DNA of 64,000 nucleotides from Pseudovirgaria hyperparasitica. Its lineage: Eukaryota. How positions within the stretch are numbered: the stretch's first letter is position 1; each line of letters starts with the position of its first letter. Of the stretch, positions 25,205 through 40,370 are shown piece by piece. Where the stretch lies: assembly GCA_010093815.1 (NCBI GenBank), contig ML996565.1. One strand, given 5' to 3'. The translations under genes were made by a program, and so were the position numbers. Below the pieces are notes generated by a model, which was not told where the DNA came from, did not search any database, and saw nothing but the letters and a program-made list of their open reading frames with translations.

Positions 25205-28200
25205 ACCAAAAAAACTTCTCATACCCCAACGGACCAAACTAGTTAATTTAGGGCAAAACAGCGATTTATATACATTAAATAATAGAGTATACTAAGTATA
25301 ACAACCTCCGATACACGTGCGTATATATAGCGTATAATATACGACGATACCGACGTATAGAGATACTATATATATACGCTCGAAGACTCTTCGATAACAC
25401 GAGTATAGACTATATCTAATAAATACCGACACGCCGACCCCCTTTTATTAGTTAAGGGCTACCCTTAACTAATAACCATGGCGGCCTTAGACATTATAAT
25501 ACCCCGGTATACGCCGGATATACCCCTACTAGTATAGTAGAAACGGCCATATAGTAACATTAATATAGATAGCTAGACACCTATCTAAAATATAGGAACT
25601 AACTAAGGGTGCGAAGTACTATAGATAACCTAGACTAAGGGGACCCCGAGAGGGGAGACCCTCCTAGATAAAATTAAATACTAGGTAATACGTATAGAGA
25701 GGGACGCCGAGAAGGGAAAGAAGACCCTCCTTTATATATTCCGGGATCTTATCTAGAACCTAAGAGGAATTATAGAGGAAGAAAGAAAGTCGCCATAAGA
25801 GGAACCTAGTAGTAGGCTCGACTAAATAGAAGCTAGCCTATAGAGAATCTAGGAAGAGCTATCCTAAGGTAAGCGCCCTAACACGTAGGCTTAGATTATA
25901 GTAACACCCGGAGCTACCGCACTAAGGACTACTAGAACCATAGATAGAGTATATAGTATACGTATTATAACCTAGAATAAGGATATACTAGCGTAGGTCT
26001 AATAGGCATCCCTAAAGGAAATTATAAATAAGATTAATAAATAGAAAGAAATGTAGTTAAGCGTCGTAGCTACTAAAGTTACGCTAGGTAGGGTAGTACT
26101 TACTACTATAATAAATACTATATAGTAAAATATCTCGCGAGATCCGAACGCGATAGATAGTATCTTCCCCAGCGCGTCTATTAGGGTAGCTATATACCCG
26201 ATTATAGTATATATAGTACCCGTGTAGGGATAGGCTATCGGAGCGGAGAATATTACGCGTATAGAATAATCTAATACGCGAAAATACCCAGGGATTAAGA
26301 TCGTAAAAGCGTGGTAGAAGAACCTATAGGCGATTAAGACGACGGCGAAAAAACACTCTATTATAATTATAGAGCTCCGAGACCCCGCCCTTATATAATA
26401 TATTATATAGAAGGGATTCCTAATAGAAGGAGAGCTCCTTATAGCCGAGCTATAGGATAGGGCATGGGTAATAACATAGTACTTTAACTATTAAGGGTAT
26501 AGATATACTATATAAAGGTACTTATAGAAGACTAAGTGCGGATAGTACCGTAGGGACCACGCTATCTAGGAGTGCCCTTATAAACTGTGAGAAGACGGAC
26601 TAAGAAATAGGGATATAGTATAGTATTTAAACTATAACGGGAAACACCCGTTATGGTCGTTAACGTGTATAAAACGTAAATAGATTATAGAATATATTCA
26701 TATGATAAAAGCAAGAGGCGCGAGATAGTTATAGAATATAATACCTACTATAAGCCCTTCCTTTATAACACCCCTAACCTCCCCTCCGGAAGGTAGTTAG
26801 GCGGGATAGTAGACTATTCTAAAGATAATAGGACGACTAAAAGGCATAGTTAAAGCCGCTACCGCGTGAGGATAGTCACGCCTCTAAGGAATAAGTATAT
26901 AGATATATATACTCTCTAGTACCTAATAAGGGACTAGAATATACTCTAAATTATATAGGTAAATATATAATATAAAAGAGAGAACTAGGCGACGCTCCTC
27001 GAAGAGACCGGGGCTATAATACTCGCTATCTAGGAACCCTATAAACACTACTAGATAAGTAAACTAACTATACACCCCGGATACTATACTATACACCCTC
27101 TAGGACTAGAAAGACGAGTCCTCTTCTATATTTATAGGTTAATACTACTCTTATTATGGTCGTATACCGAGCGCGATAACCTTAGAATAATACTACACCT
27201 ATAAATAGATATAGGCCCCCTATATATATATAATATATATAACTAATAATATATACTTATACTAGATAAGATACTCGAGGGTACTACGGAACTAGGGTAA
27301 CACATCCTTCTAGGAGACTTTAACCTCTACTACTAATAGTAGGGAGGCCTAGCTATAGTTAGGGAAGAACTTAGAGTAAGGGAACTACGTACCCGCTACC
27401 ACGACTTTCTATACCTACTTATATCTATAGAATAAGTTATATAGAAAAAACATAAATAGGACGAAGACGGGTCTACGCTTAACCTTACCTTCGCTACGGA
27501 GCACATTAGTTACCGGATCTAATACTACCGCCTAGGCTAGGTATAGACGGATTCCGACCACGAATACATGGAAACCGTAATAAATATATATACCCCGAAT
27601 AAATAACGGGGATGATAGATATAGAAGAACACTAACTAGGAAAAGTACCTAAAGGACCTGGAATCGGCGATCCTAGATCTCTCTATAGTTAATATATCTA
27701 ATAATCTAGCTATAGACCAGGCCGTATAGACACTCCTATAAATATACTAGAATGCGAGAAATAAACACGTACTATACCGAATATACCGGCCCCCGGAAGT
27801 AAAGGGGATTCCTCGAGTATAAGAAAGTAGATAAGACGCCCGAAGGCTATATAGACGCGTATACCGTATAAGAATACCCGAGTCATAGAAAGAATAGAAG
27901 GAAGTAATATAATAACGCGATAAAGTCCTCTATAACGAAAGGCGTAAATAGTAGTATATAATTACTAGTTAATAGATATAATACGTAATAGGGCTATAGT
28001 ATATAGCGAAATAGGCTAAGGGCGTAGACACTCCAACACCCCTACTACTTATACCTCCCCTAATATATTAGGGGAGAATATACTCTACGGGCCTTAAGAA
28101 AACTAAGGCCCTATAGAAGGCTATATTCCCTCTCCCGGAACTAGTAGACCTATTAGACGTTTACGGCGCCGAATACCTATACGTGGTAGATATCCCTAAA

Positions 28201-30541
28201 GAAGTTACGGAGGAGGACATACTTAATATTATTAAGATACTCCTAAATAATAAAGCACCTAGACCAGATGGAATTCTAAATTAATACCTAAAAAGTACTA
28301 TAAAAGCGACCCTACCGCTTATTACTCGTATATTCTAAGCATGCGTCACGTAGGGGTACTACCCCTAGAGCTTCCGAGTTATCTATACTATTATACTCCC
28401 GAAACTAGGAAAGAGCCCTAACTCCCTAAAGGGATAGAGACTAATCGCCCTTCTCTTCTACCTAGATAAGATACTAGAGGCTATAATAGCGAAGAAGATA
28501 AGTACCGCGGTATAGGAATATAATCTCCTCCCTCCGAACTAGAAGGTAAAGGTAGATAGCTCCCTAATAATAGCTATCTAATATATTATTAAAGTCGTCT
28601 AGGCCGTATGGAAATAGAGACGGGTAGTATTACTTCTCTCCCTTAATATAGCCGGAGCGTTTAATAAGGTAAACCATATAAGACTTATTTATAACCTCCG
28701 GATAAGACGAATACTAGAATGGATTACACGCTTTATATAGTTATTCCTTATAGGAAGAATAACTTAGATATATATCCCTAGGTACCAGAGCGAATATAAA
28801 GAGACGGTATACGGCATCCTATAAGAGAGTACCATCTCTCCGATTCTATTCCTCTTCTTTACGGTAGACCTTCTTTAAGAAATAAAGTACATAGAGGTAG
28901 TCGGATACGCTAATAATATATACCTCCTAGCTATTAATAATAATACTAACCGAACGTATAGACGACTAGAATAGAACTATAAGAGGTGCCTCTAGTGGGT
29001 AAAACGCCATAGAGTAAAGTTCGCCCTAGAGAAATACTAGCTCATGCACTTTATTAATTATTAAGGGAAATAGATAACTAGAGAAGGTAAATAACGCCCC
29101 GAATTAACGTATTTAACGAACTACTAGTATAAAGCATACGCGCGCTCGGAGTTATACTAGATAGCAAGCTTAAATAGGGACCATAAGTAGCATACGCCGT
29201 CTCTAGGGCCCTCTAGGTAGNNNNNNNNNNNNNNNNNNNNNNNNNNNNNNNNNNNNNNNNNNNNNNNNNNNNNNNNNNNNNNNNNNNNNNNNNNNNNNNN
29301 NNNNNNNNNNNNNNNNNNNNNNNNNNNNNNNNNNNNNNNNNNNNNNNNNNNNNNNNNNNNNNNNNNNNNNNNNNNNNNNNNNNNNNNNNNNNNNNNNNNN
29401 NNNNNNNNNNNNNNNNNNNNNNNNNNNNNNNNNNNNNNNNNNNNNNNNNNNNNNNNNNNNNNNNNNNNNNNNNNNNNNNNNNNNNNNNNNNNNNNNNNNN
29501 NNNNNNNNNNNNNNNNNNNNNNNNNNNNNNNNNNNNNNNNNNNNNNNNNNNNNNNNNNNNNNNNNNNNNNNNNNNNNNNNNNNNNNNNNNNNNNNNNNNN
29601 NNNNNNNNNNNNNNNNNNNNNNNNNNNNNNNNNNNNNNNNNNNNNNNNNNNNNNNNNNNNNNNNNNNNNNNNNNNNNNNNNNNNNNNNNNNNNNNNNNNN
29701 NNNNNNNNNNNNNNNNNNNNNNNNNNNNNNNNNNNNNNNNNNNNNNNNNNNNNNNNNNNNNNNNNNNNNNNNNNNNNNNNNNNNNNNNNNNNNNNNNNNN
29801 NNNNNNNNNNNNNNNNNNNNNNNNNNNNNNNNNNNNNNNNNNNNNNNNNNNNNNNNNNNNNNNNNNNNNNNNNNNNNNNNNNNNNNNNNNNNNNNNNNNN
29901 NNNNNNNNNNNNNNNNNNNNNNNNNNNNNNNNNNNNNNNNNNNNNNNNNNNNNNNNNNNNNNNNNNNNNNNNNNNNNNNNNNNNNNNNNNNNNNNNNNNN
30001 NNNNNNNNNNNNNNNNNNNNNNNNNNNNNNNNNNNNNNNNNNNNNNNNNNNNNNNNNNNNNNNNNNNNNNNNNNNNNNNNNNNNNNNNNNNNNNNNNNNN
30101 NNNNNNNNNNNNNNNNNNNNNNNNNNNNNNNNNNNNNNNNNNNNNNNNNNCTTATATATCTACTACTCCTCTAGTACTAGTAGACCTAGAAATATATACC
30201 GGAAGAGACCCGGTATACGCTAGTAGTAACCCGATATATACCGGAAGAACCCTAGGAGAACCCCGATTATTAGTTAAGGGCTACCCTTAACTAATAACCT
30301 CCGCATCTATACGTGCTACCTAAGGGTAAAATAACGGTAATATAGACTATAGGCTAATAGGCGTACCCTATAGCTATATACTTAAGACGAAACAGAGGTT
30401 TAACGAGATATAGTTATAGATATAAGGAAGTTTTTCCCTATAGGGTTTCTTCTTATATAGTGGCTTAGACTAGAGGAGGCATAGGCCTGTAGAGTACTAC
30501 TCTACCTAGTTATATAATATTATTATTATTATTATTATTAT
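25205..30541 (+). mobile_element. LINE copy B, full length, spans the assembly gap
   Basis: Colinear with copy C. ORF1 ATG retained at 25478; (TAT)n tail ends ~30541; TSD TATAGATATCTATA (25191-25204) / TATAGATATCCGTA (30542-30555). Confidence 0.92.
29221..30150. other. Assembly gap (930 N)
   Basis: Run of N. The homologous interval in copy C is 39120-40003 (884 bp). Confidence 0.99.
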
Positions 30542-33500
30542 TATAGATATCCGTACCTTCTTATATAACTACTTTATATAGTATCTATTTAGAATAATCT
30601 AGTAATAATAAGATATAAAATAGCTTAAGAAGTATAATATAGAATATATTATATATCTTTAATATAGAAGGGAGTTTTAACTTATATATCTAGTTATTAA
30701 TTATATAAGTAATCTTATATAGATCTATTATTATATAGTTAAGCTTCTTCTTTAGTCTAATACTATAAATATTCTTACTATTTAGTAAAACTTTATCTCT
30801 AATATTAAAGATTATAGGTTTTCTATCCTTATTATAGTATAATTTACTATAATCTATAGTATCTTATAGTAACTTTATAATACTTCTTTATATTTAGAAT
30901 AGTTCTATAATAATTTCTATTACTTTAATATTAGAATATTATACTTTAAACTAAGTTCTTAAGAACTATATATTATAGTTCTAACTAAAGTTTACTTTAA
31001 ATAGACTTATATAGATTAATATATATTAGCTATTATTATATATAAATTCTATAATATAGACTAACCTTATCTAGTTATTCTATTTATAGTTATAATATAT
31101 ATATATAAATATATCTTAACTATCTAATTCTACTACTCTATCTATCTATCTATTTATAGATAGAATATAGTACTAAGTTTCTATTTAATTTCTAGTATAT
31201 AGTAGAAGTCCTTCTAAAATTTAGATATTATCTATAGACCTTTATCTAAAACTATACTATTTAGTATACTATAGAGCTAAACTATATTATAGAGTAGTAT
31301 ATCTATAAGATCTAGTACTTAGATTATTTTCCTTATAGAGATATAGTATAATATCTTTATAAATCTATCTAGAACTATAAATAAACTATTATAAATATTT
31401 CTAAAACGCTTACTTAGGGATAGATCTATAATAAAATCTATTAATAATTTCTTCTATATCTCCTTTAGTATAGGTAATAGCCTTAATTTACTATATAGTA
31501 AGTATCTATATACTTTTATATACTAGTAAATATTATATATTTTTATATAGTTCTTTATATATTTATAAAGATCTAGCTAGTTATATATTCTTTAGATTAA
31601 ATTAACTATTCTTATAATACTAAAGTATTCTACTAATATATAATTATACTATTCCCTTAAAATATTAATTTATAAGCCGTCTTCTAGTATATAGAGTTAG
31701 TCTTAGAAGTAGATTATATCTAATTATTATTTCTATCTTAATAACTATAGTAGATCTATAGCGCTTCCTTTTATACTTATAACTTTCTTTACTAATATAT
31801 TAGAATTCTAGATAGATTTAATTAAGTCTTTAAGGGTTTTCTTAGTTTCTTAGATATTTATTTAGATTACTTAATACCCGCTCTAATTTCTATAGAGAAT
31901 TACTAAAAGTATCCTAGCTTCTAGTATTCTATTAGATAACTAGTCTTATAGTATCTATAGTATAGTATAGTCTAAATTATACTAACTATCTACATTATTC
32001 TATAACAATTTCTTATAATCTTTACGCTATAATAGAGAATTAGCTTTATTCTCTCTTCTAGCTTTATATAAGATTTTAAAATTAAATATTAATATCTACT
32101 TAGTCTAATATACTTATTAGTAATTAAGGACCTTAGTTAATATAAAGTAATATAGATTTATATAATCTAATAATAATTTAATCTAATATATAGAACCTTC
32201 TAAATAATATTACTATTACTTAAAACTCTTAATAATTATAAGTAGTTTCTAGTTATATATATTATAATATATCTCTATATCTACTATTTTATAGAAAAAG
32301 AAGATAACTAGATACTATTATATCTTATCTTTTATATCTTTATATAGTTAACTACTAATTCTAGTAATTATAAATTCTAATATATTAGTTTCAACCTAAA
32401 TATACTTCTTAGAATTAAAATACCTAAGAATTAGTATAGTTATAAAGTAATTCTTTAATAATTAAAATATATCTTATACTTCTAGTACTAACTATATCTT
32501 AACTAACTTAGCTTTATACTAGACTCGCCTATCTATAGAGATTTTACTACTATTCTCTATAAGTTTATTAAGTAGTATTATAATTTATAAGAAGCCTATA
32601 ATAAATTTATAATAATAGTTTATAAAATCTATAAACGTTATAATTTAATATATAGTAGTAGGTTCTAGCTATTCTATAATAGTCTTTATATACTCTAGCT
32701 CTATTTTTAGACTACTATATATTATAATAAAGCTAAGAAACTAAACTTCTTATTAGTAGAACTTATATTTAGATAATTTTATATAGAGTTTATACTATCT
32801 TAGATAATCTTATACTAATTTTATATATTCTTTATAATTCTATATACTATTAGAGTAAATTAGTATATTATTAAGATAAACTATATAGATTATATTAAGT
32901 AATTCTATAAGTATAGTATTAATATATTCTTAAAATACTTCTAGTATATTTATTAGCCTAAATAGTATAATAGTATACTTAAAATAACTATATCTAGTCT
33001 AAAATATAGTTTTCTACTTATCTCTATAATAAAATTAAAGCTAGTAATATATATCTTATAAATCTAGCTTTATAAAGTACTTTACCTTTATTAATTAGTC
33101 TAAAGATTTACTAACTAGTAATAATAGATAATAATTCTTCTTAGTTACTATATTTAGTATCTAATAGTTAATATATAGATATAAACTTCTATCTTTCTTC
33201 TTTATAAAGAGAATAGATATACTAGCTAATAATATACTATAATATATCTAGTCTCTTCTAAGGTATTCTTTAATATATTTATAAAGAACTTTAAGTTCTA
33301 GTCTTAAAAGTAGATAAAGTAGACTATAAGAGATATCTACTCTCTCTTTAAGCTTAATCTTTAGCTTATATAGTCTATAATTAGAGAGAAGTAATATATC
33401 TTCTACTAAAAATGTATCTATATACTATAAAGATATATTAGATAGTATATCTTTACTCTAATTATTACTATTATTCTTATCTTTATTAATAATTAATAAA

Positions 33501-35102
33501 GATATAAGATAGATTAGTAATAATTAGATCTATATAGTAAGATTCTATACCTCCTTACTAATAGTTATAACTTACTAGTATAGTTTACCGCGATATTAAT
33601 AGAATATTAATATCTTCTTCTAAAAATTAAGAATTAGATTTAGGCGTTTAAGCTAAGATATTCCTAGAATTATATTCTATTAGCTAATATTAGTTATAAT
33701 AAATTTATTAGATATCTACTATTTTATTATCTTTAAGTTATAAACTTTATAATTTATTATAGCTTTATCTAAAGTTCTAACTTTATATCTATTAACTATA
33801 ATAGTTTAGCTAACTTTACTAAGATTATATAATAATCTATACTCCTTTATAAGAATTAATAAAATATAGTTATCTTCTATACTAATATCTATAAGAGCCT
33901 ATATAGTTTTATTACTATTTACTATAGATAATAATACTTTTAGTAATATTAGGTCTTTACTTACTAGAAGACGCTATAGCTCCTTCTAAGTATATATAAT
34001 TTAGCTAAGAACACGATTAGATCTTATATACTAGTCTATTCTTTTTTTAGATTCTTATAGTTACGTAAAATATATTCTATTTCTCTATACTTATAATAAT
34101 AAAGTATACTATAATCCTACTATTTTATAATAGGTATTATATTTAAGTCTATATCTTATCATTTTTTACGTTAAGAAGTACTATCTTAATTATTTTAGTA
34201 TTCTCTTAACGCGTTTCTATTCTAATTTATACTCTTCTAGTACTAATTATAGTAAGGTTACTCTTAATTAAATATATTTAATTAATCTTATTTCTAACCT
34301 ATATAAGGTTTATTAGTTTTACCTAGAGAGCCGCGTTCCTTAAGAATATAGTAGTATTTATTAGCTTTCTCCTCTAATTTATATAGATAGTTAAAACTTA
34401 ATAATACTATTTCTAGTCTTTTATAAATTAATAGAAGTAGTACTTTATAAAACTAGAATATATAAATATTTTTCTATAGTATAGGAATATTATTCTATAG
34501 GGTTTAAAGGTTATAGTATTAGAGTAGTTAAGTAGGTATCTAGTTTAGTTATTATACTACGCTTCTTAAGTTAGATAGTATCTTTCTTTTATATTCTCTA
34601 TCTATTCTAAGGGTATTTAGTATAAATATAGCTAAATATTTCTAGGTTATTATAGATAGTAGCTATACTTCCTTCTATCTATTCTATTAATTATAGAATT
34701 ATAAGTCTAGGTATTATTCTCTAAATAAAATATATTATACTTTAGTAGAAAAGAGTAGAGAGTTATTAAGGAAGTACTTTTTATAGTCTCTTTTCTAGTC
34801 TTTCTACTTCTTTTAGTTCTTCTCTATAAATATAGTTAGATCTTTAGATTTAGATATATCTAGAGAAGAAGTAGAGTAAATTAGTAATAAAGTAACTAGA
34901 AGTATAGTAGATTATTATAACTCTAATAGTAGGTAAACTAATTCTATCTAAATTAGTATAGGAAGTTATCTACCTACTATTATTTAGTATAGTTCTTTAA
35001 GAGACTTCTTAAGTTCTTATCTCTTTATAAGAAGTTTTATATATTCTATCTACTCTTTAAGAGTTTAAATCTCTTAGATTTAATAAGTAATATACTTCTA
35101 TA

Positions 35103-38100
35103 AAAAAAAAAACTTCTTACACCCTAACGGACCAAACTGGTTAATTTAGGGTAAAACAGCGATTTATATACATTAAACGATAGAGTACACCGAGTATAAT
35201 AACCTCCGACATACGTACGTACGTATAGTATATAATACGTAACGATACCGACGTATAGAGACACTATATATATATACTTAAAGACTCTTTAATAACACGA
35301 GTATAGACTATATCTAATAAACGCCGATACGCCGACCCCCTTTTATTAGTTAAGGGCTACCCTTAACTAATAACTATAGCGGCCTTAGGTATTATAATAC
35401 CCTAGTATACGCCGGATATACCCCCACTAGTATAGTAGAAATAGCTATATAGTAATATTAATGTGGATAGCTAGACACCTATCTAAAATATAGGAACTAA
35501 CTAAGGGTACGAAGCGCCATAGATAATCTAGACTAAGGGGACCCTAAGAGGGGAGACCCTCCTAGATAAAATTAAATACTAGGTAATACGTATAGAGAGG
35601 GACGCCGAGGAGAGAAAGAAGACCCTTCTTTATATATTCCGGGACCTTATCTAGAACCTAAGAGGAATTATAGAGGAAGAAAGGAAGTCGCCACGAGAGG
35701 AACCTAGTAGTAGACTTAACCAAATAGAAGCCAGCCTACGGAGAATCTAGAAAGAGCTATCCTAAGGTAAGCGCCCTAATATATAGGCTTAGATTATAGT
35801 AACACCCGGAGCCACCGTACTAAGGACTACTAGAACTATAGATAGAGTATATAGTATATATATCGTAATCTAGGATAAGGACACGCTAGTATAGGTCTAA
35901 TAGGCATCCCTAAAGGAAATTATAAATAAGATTAACGAATAGAAAGAAATATAGTCGAGCGTTATAGCTACTAAAGTTACGCTAGGTAGGGTAGTACTTA
36001 CTACTATAATAAATACTACGTAGTAAAACATCTTATAAGATCCGAACGCGATAGGTAGTATCTTCCCCGGCGCGTCTATTAGGGTAGCTATATACCCGAT
36101 TATAGTATACGTAGTACCCGTGTAGGGATAGGCTATTAGAGCGGAGGATATTACGCGTATAGAATAATCTAACACACGAAAATACCTAGGGATTAAGATC
36201 GTGAAAGCGTGGTAGAAGAACCTATAGGCGATTAAGACGACGGCGAAAAAACACTCTACTATAATTATAGAGCTCCGAGACCCCGCCCTCGTATAATATA
36301 TTATATAGAAGGGATTTCTAATAGAAGGAGAGCTCCTTATAGCCGAGCTATAGGATAGGATATAGGTAATAATATAGTGCTTTAACTATTAAGGGTATAG
36401 ATATACTATATAAAGGTACTTATAGAAGACTAAGTACGGATAGTACCGTAGAGACTACGCTATCTAGAAGTACCCTTATAAACCGCGAGGAGACGGACCA
36501 AGAAATAGAGACATAGTATAGTATTTAAACTACGATAGGAAACACCCGTTATAGTCGTTAACGTGTATAAAATATAAATAGGTCATAGAATATATTCGTA
36601 CGATAAAAGCAAGAGACGTAAGATAGTTATAGAATATAATACCTACTATAAGCCCTTTCTTTATAATACCCCTAACCTCCCCTCCGGAAGATAGTTAGAC
36701 GGGATAGTAGACTATCCTAAAGACGATAGGACGACTAAAAGGTATAGTTAAAGCCGCTACCGCGCGAGGATAGTCGCGCCTCTAAGGAATAAGTATATAG
36801 GTATATATACTCCCTAGTACCTAATGAGGGACTAGAATATACTCTAAATTATATAGGTAAACATATAATATAAAAGAGAGAACTAGGCGATACTCCTTAA
36901 AGAGACCGGGGCTATAATACTCGCCATCTAGAAACCCTATAAATACTACTAGACGAGTAAACTAACCACATACTCCGGATACCATACTATATACCCTCTA
37001 GGACTAGAAAGATAAGTCCTCTTCCACATTTATAGGTTAATACTACTCTTATTATAGTCGTATACCGAGCGCGATAACCTTAGGATAATACTATACCTAT
37101 AAATAGATATAGGCCCCCTATATATATATAATATATATAACTAATAACGTGTACTTATACTAGATAAGATACTCGAGGGTACTACGGAACTAGGGTAATA
37201 TATCCTCCTAGGAGACTTTAACCTCTACTACTAATAGTAGAGAGGCCTAGCTATAGTTAGGGAAGAACTTAGAGTAAGGGAACTACGTACCTGCTACCAC
37301 GACTTTCTATATCTACTTATACCTATAGAATAAGTTATATAGAAAAAATATAAATGGAACGAAGACGGGTCTACGCTTAACCTTACCTTCGCTACGGAGT
37401 ACATTAGTTACCGGATCTAATACTACCGCCTAGGCTAGGTATAGACGGATTCCGACTATAAATATATAGAAACTATAATAAACGTATATACCCCGAATAA
37501 ATAACGGGGATAATAGATATAGAAGGACACTAACTAGGAAAAGTACCTAAAGGACCTGGAATCGGCGATTCTAGATCCCTCTATAGTCGATATATCTAAT
37601 AACCTAGCTATAGACTAGGCCGTATAGACACTTCTATAAATATACTAGAATACGAGAAATAAACACGTACTATACTAAATATACCGGCCCCCGGAAGTAA
37701 AGGGGATTCCTTAAGTACGGGAAAGTAGATAAGACACCTAAAGACTATATAGACGTATATACTATATAAAAAGACCCGAGTCGTAGAAAGAATAGAAGGA
37801 AGCGATATAATAACGTGATAGTATCCTCTATAATAAAAGGCGTAAATAGTAGCGTATAATTACTAGTTAATAGACACGATATATAATAGGGCTATGGCGT
37901 ATAGCGAAATAGGCTAAGGGCGTAGACACTCTAACACCTCTACTACTTATACCTCCCCTAATATATTAGAGGAGAATATACTCCACGGGCCTTAAGAAAA
38001 CTAAGGCCCTACGGAAGGCTATATTCCCTCTCCCGGAACTAGTAGACCTATTAGACGTTCACGGCGCCGAATATCTATACGCGGTAGACATCCCTAAAGA

Positions 38101-40370
38101 AGTTATAGAGAAGGATATACTTAATATTATTAAGATACTCCTAAATGATAAAGCACCCGGACTAGATAGAATACTAAATTAATATCTAAAAAGCACTATA
38201 AAAGCGACCCTACCGCTTATTACTTATATATTCTAAGCATGCGTTACGCGGGGGTACTACCCCTAGAGCTTCTAAGTTACCTATACTATTATACTCCCGA
38301 AACTAGGAAAGAGCCCTAACTCCCTAAAGGGATAGAGACTAATCGCCCTTCTCTTCTACCTAGGTAAGATACTAGAGGCTATAATAGTAAAGAAGATAAA
38401 TACCGCGGCATAGAAATATAATCTCCTCCCTCCGAACTAGAAGGTAAAAGTAGATAGCTCTCTAATAATAGCTATCTAATATATTATTAAAGTCGTCTAG
38501 GCCGTATAGAAACAGGGACGGGTAGTATCGCTCCTCTTCCTTAATATAGCTAGAGCGTTTAATAAGATAAACTATATAAGACTTATTTATAACCTCCGGA
38601 TAAGACGAATACTAGAATAGATTATACGCTTTATATAGTTATTCCTTATAGAAAGAATAACTTAGATATATATCCCTAGATACTAGAGCGAATATAAAGA
38701 GATAGTATACGGCATCCTATAAGGGAGCACTATCTCTCCGATTCTATTCCTCTTCTTTACGGTAGACCTTCTTTAAGAAATAAAGTATATAGAGGTAGTT
38801 AGATACGCCGATAATATATACCTCCTAGCTATTAATAATAATACTAACCGAACGTATAGATAACTAGAATAGAACTATAAGAGGTGCCTCTAGTAGGTAA
38901 AACGCCACGGAGTAAAGTTCGCCCTAGAGAAATACCAGCTCATGCACTTTATTAATTATTAAGGGAAATAGATAACTAGGGAAGGCGAACGACGCCTCTA
39001 AATCGACGTATTTAACGAACTACTAGTATAAAGTATACGTACGCTCGGAGTTATACTAGATAGTAAGCTTAAATAGGGACTATAAGTGGTATACGCCGTC
39101 TCTAGGGCCCTCTAGATAGAAGCCGCTATATAACGGATTATAGTCTCTATATAGGGAACCGCCCGGGATAAGGCACGCTAGCTATATATATCTATAGTAC
39201 GACCCGCCTTTATATACGGATACGAGTGCTAGTATACGGCCCTTATATAGACTAGGCGAATAAAGCTTAAATCCATATAGAACCGTATACTCCGTCTTAT
39301 ATTAGACGTATATAAAGCTACTAATATAGTACTACTACGACGCGAGATAGACGTTATAAGTATATATAACTTCTACTAGATATAGAGGGTAGTATACTTT
39401 ACTAAATAATAAGTATAGGAACGTATAGAAAACGTAGAATATACTTTTACCGCGCTACGCGCACGAATTAGTATATATTACCGTATACTTCTATATATAG
39501 GCCGGAATTAAATACGGTATAGATGCTTAATAGAAGCCGACTCTAGCTAAGTAGTATAAGAAGTCCGAGATAACCTAGACGCTCTTCTAGACTAGTAGAG
39601 CCTTTAAGAACTTATAAAAAATATACGGTCGTAGACTTAAGATAAGTAGAAAGAGGCACTCTATGCCCACTAGACCTCCTAGTAGAATAGATATCTAGAG
39701 TAGATTTAAGGGCTATAGAAGGAACCGAGTAAATAGATGTATAAAGGGCTAACGAAAGCCTAAGTATCTATACTTATCTAAGCCCGAACGGGCGCCATAG
39801 GACTCCTATACTATATCTATAAGAGACACGTTCCCAACATCTCCCTATAGTATAAGACGTGTAGCCGGAGAGGTATAATACGCCACTATCTAGCTATATA
39901 CCCTAACCTCTATATATAATAGTAATGGCTTATCCACGTTACGAAGACTTTAGATATTATATAATAGCTTAATAAGTACTCTAAGGACGTCTCCTAATAG
40001 ATACTTATATATCTACTACTCCTCTAGTACTAGTAGACCCGGAAATATATACTAGAAGAGACCCGGTATATGCTAGTAGTAACCCGATATATACCGGAAG
40101 AACCCCGGGAGAACCCCGATTATTAGTTAAGGGCAGCCCTTAACTAATAACCTCCGCACCTATACGTGCTATCTAAGGGTAAAATAATAGTAATATAGGC
40201 TATAGGCTAATAGGCGTACCCTATAGCTATATACTTAAGACGAAATAGAGGTTTAACGAGATATAGTTATAGATATAAGGAAGTTTTTCCCTATAGGGTT
40301 TCTTCTTATATAGTGGCTTAGACTAGAGAAGGCATAGGCCTATAGAGTACTACTCTACCTAGTTATATAA

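Noticed and set aside
12430..36175. Short ORFs in the AT block (12430, 14946, 15289, 16042, 35897)
   Set aside because: All are antisense to RIP-killed LINE ORFs, and their I/L/Y/S-rich composition reflects TpA bias.
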